A stretch of DNA of 64,000 nucleotides from Vitrella brassicaformis CCMP3155 (taxonomy: Eukaryota; Protista; Chromerida). The DNA lies in NCBI GenBank assembly GCA_001179505.1, contig CDMY01000069.1, forward strand, positions 124,001 to 188,000. The letters are read 5' to 3'. Both the position numbers and the translations under genes were made by a program. Within the stretch, counting starts at the first letter, position 1. Every line of letters begins with the position of its first letter. Shown here piece by piece: positions 1 through 10,400 of this stretch. The notes beneath the pieces were generated by a model. The model was not told the DNA's origin, searched no databases, and worked only from the letters and a program-made list of their open reading frames with translations.

Positions 1-1
1 C

Positions 2-160
2 ACGAAGGAGGAGCTGCGGCTGGGGCTGCGGGTGTTCAGCAACCGGCTGCGGGACGAAGATGTGGACAATCTGTTTGCCGCCATGGACAGGGACGGCAGT
101 GGGCAGATCGACTTCAACGAATTCCTGTCTTTCGTCACCAAACGACTCGTCATCAGATAG
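2..160 (+). CDS. 3' end of an EF-hand calcium-binding protein (calmodulin/centrin-like); gene starts upstream of the window
   Basis: Frame 2 reads TKEELRLGLRVFSNRLRDEDVDNLFAAMDRDGSGQIDFNEFLSFVTKRLVIR*. DRDGSGQIDFNE is a canonical 12-residue EF loop. TAG at 158-160. Confidence 0.85.
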   Translation, partial: TKEELRLGLRVFSNRLRDEDVDNLFAAMDRDGSGQIDFNEFLSFVTKRLVIR

Positions 161-1092
161 ATAGGGAGATCGTCAGATGTGTCAGGGGCGGTCAGAGGTG
201 GGGAGAGTACGTCAGTCACTCGATAGTGCTGGAGTGAGTGGAGGCTGTGTGCATTTTCCTGGCTCCAAACCCCCGTACGATGACTGCCTTGCGCGCACTG
301 TAGAATGGACGGACTGATGCTTGTTTGTTTCTGGTTTCGGTAGCCACGTATTTCTCGTCAGCTGAGCTGAAGTTGGGGTTGCTGCTTTTTATGTGAGACG
401 CGAGTACGTGCGCCTGTCGGCAGGCCAGGCTCTTTTTCACGTCCAACACAACAGACCGAGTGAGTGTGTTGTCGTGTGTTGTAGTGTGGTGTTGGTTGAC
501 AATGAACTGAGGCAATTCAGACTCATAATAAGCCATCTTAACGCTGCTCCTTCGGTCCGAACAAGTATGAACCACCAGAGACATACATGTCTTACACCAT
601 GGCATGGCCCCACAATGAAGTGGAGATACCCAACAGACAGACGGACATCCCCAACAGACAGAGAGACAGACAGACAGAGAGACGAACGGACGCACACACT
701 TCAGCATGCCGACGAAATGCACCTCAATCACATGGCACATGCAACCTATTCAGTCCAACAGGGCTGCTCCCAGTCTCAGCCGCTCCTGTTGATAAAAGCG
801 CGGCGGGTGGCTCCGCCGCGATAAGCATCAAGCCGGTGATAGTCACACCCTCGGGAGTCTCGGCGAATTTTGACTGCAGGCAGCTGCATGAGGAGTCCTC
901 GCCATTCATTCGTGGCAGCAAACAGTCAAGGACAGGCGAGAAAGTCTCAATTGTAGCTAGGTGTGTGGTGTCAAAGTGTATCTATCGCAGTTACTTGACA
1001 GACAACGATCCAGGTCATGGGCTTCAGCTGCTGCTGTTGCGCCTACGACTCCCACGGCCCCCAGTCCACTCGATACAACAAAGAGAAAGCCA

Positions 1093-1138
1093 CGGAATAT
1101 ACAATGTAAGCAGCGATTGCTGCCTGCACACGGCACGC
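1093..1138 (-). repeat. Dispersed ~40-bp hairpin-containing repeat, copy 1
   Basis: Reverse complement tgtgcaggcagcaatcgctgcttacattgtatattccg matches 24304-24341 at 36/38 nt. Contains a GCAGC-aatc-GCTGC stem-loop. Confidence 0.85.
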
Positions 1139-1310
1139 AGCGGCACGGGCACGGGCTTGATCTGAGCGCGGTAGGCCGCGACAACCTCGCATTCTACCTG
1201 ATGCAGACGTCTATCTATCTCCGTTGGACTGACGAAATACTTATACACCCTCCTTCTCTTGGAATGACAGAAAAATTCGACTCCCAATGTGTGTCTCTCG
1301 TGTCTCTCTC

Positions 1311-2432
1311 CTACGCTTGCTCGCCGAAATCGCGGTTCCACCGCTCCAAGACCGCGACCATCTCCCGTGTCGTCGTCGGCTTGATGTGCTGGATGGCCGA
1401 AAGCACGTCGTCCACGAGCAATGGTCGCCGGCCTCTCAGCGCTGCAATCGCCTCAGTGTCGTCCTGGAGGCACTGCACGGAATCCGATGCGTCGATGGAG
1501 CCGGTCAGTAGGACCTCGCGCACGGACACATAGGCCGCCTTGCGGCACACCTTAATTGGTGAGGTCGCGAAATGAGTATCCCTCTGTCTCATTCGCCACC
1601 TGCAGGGACAGAAAACGGTCACACACGGAGAGAAGATTGATCATCGCTTACCCTGGCAAAGTCTCGGTCGGTGAATGTGTGGCCTTTGGTGTTCTGACTC
1701 AGCAGCTTGCGCATCAGGGCCTCCCGGCCGGCCTGGTCTGGAAGAGGGACGTACGTGCGCAGAAGGAGGCGATTGAGTAAGGCCGGGTCCAGGTAGGTCC
1801 CAAGGTCGCTTGGTGGCCCCGATGACCTGGACCTGGTCCTCGCCCATCGTGAGGCCGTCCATTTGTGTGAGCAGCTCTCCCTTGATGCGACTGCATGCGA
1901 TGCACCGACAGGCACACAAAGGTCGATACGGGCAAGTGTGCAAATACACACGATATGGAATTACTTGGCCGTTTCATTGCCGAGCGGGGCACACTCACGG
2001 GCCACCTACGGAGAGGGCCTTGACGAGTCGCTCGCTCTCACCATACCTACACCCACACAGTAGCGCAGATGCAGACAGACAGACAGACAGACGGACACAC
2101 ACACGCGCACACACACACACACACACACAGACAGAGAGAGAGGCGCAATATCCCAGAGTGAAGAGACACAAAAGAGGGAGGCGATGAAGGACGTACTTTT
2201 TCGAGCCGAGTGAGGCCGCGTCATTGAAAAACGTGGCCTTGCACTGATCGTCATCAAAGGAAGAACAACGAGTGCATATGCATGCACAAAGCAAGGCCTG
2301 GTTGACCTGAGAGGCCACCGCTTTGGCCGCCATCGTCTTGCCCTTGCCTGGCGGCCCGAACAGCAGCAGGCCCTCGAAAGGCGCCAGCAGTCCTCTGAAC
2401 TCTCCTCGGTATTTCGTGGGCCACACGAACAT
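1311..2432 (-). pseudogene. Meiotic-clade AAA+ ATPase (spastin/fidgetin/katanin-like) fragment with frameshifts and Walker B deleted
   Basis: [95 protein letters not shown] and LERWNRDFG* are spread over different frames (shifts near 2010 and 1795). The IFIDEID segment is absent. Introns are retained. Confidence 0.85.
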
Positions 2433-3175
2433 CTGAGGTCGGCGACGGTAGTGAAGACGTTGACTCTCACGCTCTCCTTCCACTCGAGGGAAGGCGTCTA
2501 AGAAGGGGGCCCGTCAGGGTCTCGTAGAGCTCCTCAAAACGGTCCGGTTGCGAACGGATCAAGTTAATGCAGACACTACCTACACATACCACACAAACAT
2601 GACACGACGCAAGACGACGCATCACAGCATCCTCCCCTGTGACTCACCTGCAGGGCAGCGCTCCTGACCCTCCACGACGAGTCGTCGTCTTCGTCGGGCC
2701 AGTAGGCATGAGGGTCGTATAGGGCCAAAGCCAGCGACTTGTGGAGAAGCTTGTGCAGGTACGGCCTCATCTGCACACACCACCACCACCACACTACCAC
2801 CATACACCACACAGCAGGGAGTAGGTGGGTGTGTGAGGGCAAGGGTACCTACCTGCTGTGTGCATTTGATGACGAGTGACTCTATGGCGGTGAGGCAGCT
2901 TTCGAGCATCTCGTGCACGGCCTCCTTGTCGCCCCCGTCCATCGCCGTGTCCTCGTCGCTCAGGAACAGGGGGCCAATATCGGTTAGGTGGCTGCCGATG
3001 CGGGGCCCCACGTGGCGGCACACCGTCGCCACGCATTGGATGTACACCTGCTTGTCCAACTTGGTGCAGTTGGCGCTGCGCACCCTCTGCACCAGCACGC
3101 CGATGAGCCCGTGCAGCTGCTGCTCGGACATGACCCCTGAGAGCACACCGATGGACGCGATGACATGCTGCGCTG
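2433..3175 (-). pseudogene. CAND1: Internal fragment of CAND1 (cullin-associated NEDD8-dissociated protein 1, HEAT repeats), abutting the AAA fragment
   Basis: VYIQCVATVCRHVGPRIGSHL, EMLESCLTAIESLVIKC, ALYDP...DDDSSWRVRSAA and ESVRVNVF match the N-terminal third of CAND1 (TYIQCIAAISRQAGHRIG, TYDPNY, DDDMSWKVRRAA, EENVKADVF). Two introns, one frameshift near 2490, and no N- or C-terminal remainder. Confidence 0.85.
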
Positions 3176-3296
3176 TGTGGAATGGACGCATTCAACCATC
3201 GTTGAAGTCGTCGGCAGAGCCAAAAGTTGTTTGGAGTTTTTTTTTGTGAACGTGATCAGTCTCGTCAAAGCTCGCTCTCGACCAAAGAACGACCCG

Positions 3297-6200
3297 ATGG
3301 AGGACCATTCCTCTGTAGCTGCGTCCCCCGCGACTGAGCATGACAGTCCCCGTTCTACTCCGCTCCAAGCTCCACTCTTCCCGCCCATCCACACCCCAAG
3401 ACAAGGAGCGGCGCCACAAGGAGATGTTGAGCATGAAGCCATCAAGACAGCAGCGTGCATCAAGCAGCCAGAGGAAGAGCACGCTGCACCTCCCCCGGCC
3501 TTCAACGATATTCACGACGAGAGTGGCGATGCACAAGCCAAGGTTGGCGCGGAGCGAGTGTGGCCGCGGATGGGCTCTGTCGCTGGAATGCTCTTCAAAA
3601 ACTCAGCCAAGAGAAAAATGTGGGCAACGGATGAGAGACGGACACTCCGAGTCGGTGGTGCTTGCAGATGGAGTGCGTGCGTCTGTTTGCCTGTCTGTAT
3701 GTGTCGTGCAGTCCGCCCCTGTCTCGCCCCTCTGATGCTGGTCCCATGACGGCGTCATCGTCTGTGTTCCCGCCCAACCCCTCGGCTATTCTGCTGAACA
3801 AGCCGCAGGTCATGATGATGACCACACGCGGGACTGACACCACAGCAGCCGACAGGAGGAGCCCCCAGGAAGAGACAGACGGACAGCTGGCCAATAATGC
3901 CATCGGCATCAGTGACATCACACCAGAACTGGCCGCCCAGGTCAGCCACCCAGTCAATCGGGCCCACCGATTAATCGAGCAATCTGCACCAGGCCAGCCC
4001 ATGCTTGTGCTCTTCTTGCCTGTCTGTCTTGGTGGTTGTGTCTCCGATAGGTAGTTCGGCATTATTTGCTCCCGATGTTTGAGAAGAAGCGGAGAGCGCT
4101 GGGTCGCACCGACATGAGCACAGCCCCTCCACCAAAGGCGAGCGCACCGACCACTGCCGCTGGTAGTCCTGGCAAAGCAGGAAGCAGAGAGACACAGACA
4201 GGAATGGCAGATATGGCGACTTTTGCTTCCCAGGCAGCCATGGTGAGGGCGTGTATGCTGAATTGAAGCTCAGCGACTCACTCTTGGCGCAGCTGGAGTT
4301 GGCCAAGAACGAAATCAGTGCGTCGTTGTGGGCAGCCAGCCATTGCCTGCCTTCATTGATTTGTCTTATGGTGTGTGTGTGTAGATGAGCTTCGTGAACG
4401 TCTGGAGAACTGCGATGAGGATCGTCAGCAGTTGCAGAAGACCACACACCAGCTCAAGTCAGAGATCGATCAGCTGCAGAGAGAGCTATCGACCACACAA
4501 TTTCAGGTATACAGACGCACACACCGATTGACCACCATACTCTCTGTGCCTCCATCATTTGAATGCCTTCCTTTCTCCCTCGGTGTGTTTGTTTGTTTGC
4601 GCGTGCAGGAGGAGGCGATCCGCCAGCGAGCGGAGGAGGCCGAATCCGAATGCCTCCTGCTCAAGAAACAGGTATGCGTGTGTCGAATCTCAGGTGCAGC
4701 ACCCACTCATATGTCGCGTTCCCCATCTATCCGCCTCCTTGTTTGACTCGTTCGCTAGGTGACAGAGCTGGAGCGGTATCTGCAGGAGAGCCACACGGAG
4801 TGCCGTGCCCTCAGTGCCCGGGTGTTCGAGCAGGAGGCACTCACCGACCAGCTCCAGCGCACCGTCGCCTCACAGCAAAACGCACACGCGCTCTCAAATC
4901 TGGAGAATGAAGTGCTGGCGGAACAGGTACCAAATACATGCATTCGCACAAGGCAGACAAGGCTGATGGATGCATTTGTGAACGTGTCGTCCAGGTTCGC
5001 AATTTGCATTCCGCGGCCTTTCAGTTGTCGGACATCAAGGCACTGCAGGACAGACTCTCCTTCCAACAGGTGGCGTGTATGAATTGGCACACTCGCTGCC
5101 AATGACTTCATGTGTGTTGCGTGTGTTAATGAATGTGACAGGAGGTGTCTGAGGAGAAGTTGTCGGCCGTCCACGAGTACAAGGAGCAAATCGAGCTCGA
5201 GCTGGCCAAGCTAGCCAAGGAGAGAAACCAGCTCATGGAGAGCAAAAAAGACCTGATGGGACAAAAGGAGATACTATCAAATGAAAAACAACGGCTCGAG
5301 AACGACCTGGAGGCCAATCGACAGAGGGCACACACAGAGATGGTCGGTATGCCTGTCATAATAGTCTGCCTGTCTGTCTGTCTGCGTCAAGCGGATGAGT
5401 GTCGCCGTAAATGTGCCTGTCTCAACAGGTGCAGTTGTATGAGGAGAAGGAGAACATCCGAAAGGACCGCGACAAAATCGAGAAGAAGATGAAGGAAATG
5501 GGCGAAGACAGAGACAAGCTCAAACAAAGACTCAAAAAATACAGGCAGGCACATTCACACACGCAGCATAGCATAAGCCCATGTCTCTCTCTATCCATGG
5601 AGAAATGCCCCTTCTTGGCTGTGTGCAGGGCCCGTCGGAAGATGTTTGAGGCGGAGCAGAAGACGTGCAAGAACTGCGGCCGTGATTACCTAGAGAGCGA
5701 GAACTTCAACTGGAGCTGCCGCACGCACCAATCGGAGTTCGGTGGGGAAATGTGGTGGTGCTGCGGCAAGCTGGGCAAAGACGCACCAGGTGGGTCAGGA
5801 CCCATCAATGCATTAAACGACCGGTCGGTCGGTCGGTCGGCAGGCAGGCAGGCAGCAGGGCCGCGTTTGTTTTGTTCGGTGTAGGGTGCAAGTTCAGCAA
5901 GCACGAGTCCAAGGATGATGACGACGACCTCGACGAACAGGAGAAACAGGAAAAGGAAGAGGTCAGCCAATACGTTGGTCGACCCACTCGCTGACACCAC
6001 ACGCACATGTGTGTCGATGGACAAAGTCAGGCTGAGCGCAAGATCCGCAATCAGAACATCAGATGCTTCTGCTGCAAGGAAATCGGACACAAGGTACGTA
6101 TGTATGCCTTCTGTCTGCCGTTGTGTGTATGTCCTGTGGATGTGGATATATGTTTGTGCAGGGAAAGGAGTGTCCGCGCGACCCCAACCCGCGCACTAAA

Positions 6201-7059
6201 TACTCCGCCCCGCGAGAAGCACGCAGAATCGACCTGCTCAAGAACACAACCATACAAAACGTCAGGATACAGGTACGTACGTTGGGTGGGCTGTCGGACC
6301 TGCGCTCTGACGTGGGTGTGTGTATGCACCTTCCTTTGTGTCGTGTCTCGATATCTATCGTGTGGGTGTGGTGTGCAGGGCGGTGCCGCATTGGTGAAGG
6401 CGTTGGATTCCAAGAGTGGGTACGACGCACTGAAGGAAAACAACGTCATGCAGGAGCCGACACTCTTCCAGGTGATCGATATACACACGTAACGAAGACA
6501 CACAAGAGACACAAGAAGGTCGCTCAAGTGTCCCCATGTGTCTGTCGATGTGTGTGTGTAGGATCTCGTCAAGGTACATTGAAGGAGGAATAATAATAAT
6601 CGTCGATCTGCCAACAGTTGTCGATGCATTACTCATTCTGTCTTTCTTGATTGTCCACGCAGCTCCACACCCGGCCAGCTCCAGCTGAGGGAGGTCAGCC
6701 ACGTACCCACACACCCGCCCCTCTCTCCCCCCGTCTCAGTCACTGTCTGTGTGTCTCCGTCTGTGTGTGTGTCTCTGTCTGTCTGTCGCTCCCTTCAGGT
6801 GGGTCCCCCCGTGTGTTGTCATCCGATGCGGTGGGTGCTGACAATGAAGACGACGAAGATGAGAGTGAGGAGGACAGCGACGAAGATGAGGACAAGGAGT
6901 CCGACGTGGACTCGTCAGAAGAAGATGACACCGCTGCCAAGGGCAAGACCAACAAGGCCATTCAGGTGGGTCATCACTCGAGCGGAGGTCCCATGCGGGG
7001 AGGCTTATGTGGTTGTCTCGTGTGGTGTTCAGGAAATGGAGGCGCCCATGGTGCCCTAA
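3297..7059 (+). CDS. Multi-exon coiled-coil protein with a CxxC plus Btk-type zinc motif, a CCHC zinc knuckle and an acidic tail
   Basis: Heptad-rich exons 4380-5640, then CKNC...THQSEFGGEMWWCCGKLGKDAPGC, then CFCCKEIGHKGKEC (CX2CX4HX4C, split by an intron). Stop at 7057-7059. Start codon and 5' exons are approximate. Confidence 0.7.
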
Positions 7060-7479
7060 GACATTTGAAGCAGCCAGGGGCCACACACCTGTACTTGATT
7101 TGGTTCCGGCGATCACTCGTGAATGTCTTTCGCTCTTGATATTTTTGGCTGGGGTGCGTCGTAGTGACAGGATCGCTCTGCTCGTCGTGTGTGTTACCAG
7201 TAGGAAGCCCGATCTGCAAAACGGAGCTTAGGGGCGGTGCGGGGAATGTATCTTCGATCTCTTGTATGTTCATTCACTGGTCGATGTAGACACATTCATG
7301 GCTCGCGCCGTGCTCCACTGGCGAGAGATCCATGCAGCAGCGGGAGAAACGGGTGACAAAGGTCCAAATCCAATAGATCTCGACACAGATAGCCTCCTCC
7401 GTCGCCGGGGCTCGCGAAAGATGGAAAGCATCTCCCCTCTGCATGCAAGCTCGCATCGCGCCTGCGAGCTTCGCCGGAA

Positions 7480-10400
7480 ATGAGCAATCCCCCTTCCGAA
7501 ACTGGATCATCGATGATCAACATGGACATTGACGGCCTGGACAAGATCCGTCATCGCTACTTTGAATCTCTCACCGCCGGCGATGCCTTCTTGCCCCTGG
7601 ACGACTGGGTGGCGCTGCTGGGCATCCCGACGGCCGCCGACACAGGCATTGCGGAAGGAGAGGCGCCGGGCGGTGTGCGGGAGGGGGACATGAGTGAATG
7701 GGAGGAGCGGATGCTCATCGAAGATACACGGCGAATGGCCACCACTGACCCCTCGCTGCAGCAAAAGGTGACGAAATGCACACACTCGTCTGTCCTTTCG
7801 CTACACAACACGTCGGCTTGTGCTTGTGTGTGATTGTGATTGTGATTGTGTCAGGAGATAGACACGATGTGTGAGTGGTGCCGCCGCTACTGCAGGCGAT
7901 TCCACACACCATACGTCCAAGGCAAGCAAACACGAGGGAGGAAAGAAACCACCCGACCCACCTACGAACGGGTCACATCACACTCTCGTCGTTCCTCTCT
8001 GCGGCTGACTGACTGACACTGGCAGGTCTGTGTCTGATGATGCGGCCCATCTACTACCTGTACACCCAGCAGCAGCAGCCGCTGCAGCAGCAGCAGGGGC
8101 CGGCACAAGCCACAGAGGGCGAGGAGGCTCTGGGCGAGGGGTGGCAGGATGTGAGCATGGACACGCCTCAGGCAAAGGTGCAAGGGGAGGACGATGGCCG
8201 CGTCACGGCCTGCCTCAAGGTGCTCCACACATTCCGGGAGCGATACACCATCCCACGTCTCCTGCAGTACAAGTGAGCCAACGACACACTCTTCCGTTCG
8301 TCTGCAAATGTCACCCACTCACTCTGTTAATTGCGTGCAGGTCGCACCAGGCTCACAGGGCGTGGCTGTCGATCCAGGAGCAGCAGGCACACGTCACATC
8401 ACCCATACACCGCGCCGAAGAAGCCCAGCAAGCAGCCACAGAGGGAGACCCATCCAGCAGCGCACCCCCTCCCCCTCCCCCTCCCCCTCCCCNNNNNNNN
8501 NNNNNNNNNNNNNNNNNNNNNNNNNNNNNNNNNNNNNNNNNNNNNNNNNNNNNNNNNNNNNNNNNNNNNNNNNNNNNNNNNNNNNNNNNNNNNNNNNNNN
8601 NNNNNNNNNNNNNNNNNNNNNNNNNNNNNNNNNNNNNNNNNNNNNNNNNNNNNNNNNNNNNNNNNNNNNNNNNNNNNNNNNNNNNNNNNNNNNNNNNNNN
8701 NNNNNNNNNNNNNNNNNNNNNNNNNNNNNNNNNNNNNNNNNNNNNNNNNNNNNNNNNNNNNNNNNNNNNNNNNNNNNNNNNNNNNNNNNNNNCCCATCCA
8801 GCAGCGCACCCCCTCCCCCTCCCCCTCCCCCTCCCCCTCCGCCCCCTCCCGAGATGGACGCTGAGTTGAGTGGTCAGGTGGTGCAGATCGACCACCTGTT
8901 CCACAGCCTGCTGACCTACCACAACCCGTGGCTGGCCAGACACCTCGGCCACCTCAACGTCTGGCCCACTGACTACGCCATCAACTACATCGCTGGTACG
9001 GAAGGACCAGAGGGGGAGAGGGAGAGGGAGAGGGGGGCCGGACAGATGGGGATCTATGTATGTACCATATCTGCTTGTGGGTTCTGTCGGTGGTGTGTGT
9101 GTCAGGTGGGTATGCGCTGGCCAATGGCGCGACAGCTTTCCATGTGCTGCAGCTGTGGCAGGTCAGACACCCCCACCCCCACCGACACAGAGAAGTGGTG
9201 GCATTTATTCGAGGGAGAGTCTGTCTTGTCGTATGTGCAGCTGTTGGTGGTGGCCGATGAGGCCAGCGCGCTCTCGCTCCTCACCTGTGCGCTCCTCATC
9301 AAGTACACTCACTCACATCACACACAGTGCTCAGCAAGGTGAGGAGTGTGTGTGTGCCTCTCCGCTGCGTGTGTGTGTAGGTTGGGTCGCGAGATAGCCG
9401 AGCAAGTGCTGCGGGAAGACACTATCAAGGTGAGATGAGACAAATAAATGGTCGGGGTGGCGATGGATTGGCACATCCCTGGTGTCTGCTGTCGGTCCGT
9501 CCGTTGTTTCAGTATCTGAACGGGATAGAGCTGCCGGCCGACATCCACAAGTGGTGGAAAGAAGGTCAGTCAGTCGGTGGCTAGGGAGGGATGCAGACGT
9601 CGCAACGCAACGCGATAGGTGCTTCCTGTATGTGTGTGTGCCTCTCTGTGCGTGTGTCAGCTGTGATGTTGGGCGAGCGGACCCCCTCCACCTTCTCCGA
9701 GCAGCTCAGCGAAATGGCCGTGGGGTTCGCGCCGCTCTACTACGCACCCGTAAGTCACCCAACACAACACATGCACACGTGCCATCGTCCATTCATCCAC
9801 CCCACCCATATCATTTGTGTGCAGGATGTAGGCAGCACGATGCCGTCCAACTCTGAGGCTGCAAAAGACCTGGACACAAGGGTCTTCTGCGTTTGCATGA
9901 GGTGCGACAGGCAGGCAGGCAACACAAAAACAGCTGTATGTCGCTGTCCCTTCCCTTGATGGATTCAGCGCGACTGAGTTCGTGTCATTGCTGAAGCGTC
10001 GCGCCAAGCTTCAGAAGGCCCTCAAGCGGCAGCAGCACCAGCAGGCGTCCATCGAGTCAGCCGACGCATCAACCACACCTCCTGCAGAAACGACACCTAC
10101 AGCAGCAGCAGGATCGGCACCCTCCGAGCAGCAACAGCAACAGCAGCAGGCCGAGCAAGAGCAAGAGCAGCAGCAGGAGGGCGAGGGCGAAGACGCGTCG
10201 CCATCCAACGTGGCCCATCCACTGGATGAGTTCTTCTACTCTGACGACACGCACACTCAGAAGCAGCAGCCACCCGATCAGCAGCAGACTGGAGAGGATG
10301 CACCAGCAGCAGCAGCAGCAGCGGAGGAGGACACGAGTGCGTTGGTGCGTCGTGCAGGCGGCGGTCGGCGTCACTCGTGGATGCATTTGGGTATAGTGCT

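Noticed and set aside
216-1165. Overlapping ORFs on both strands (174, 143 and 192 aa)
   Set aside because: They run through GACA/CA microsatellites, show no recognisable motif, and I could not build a consistent exon chain.
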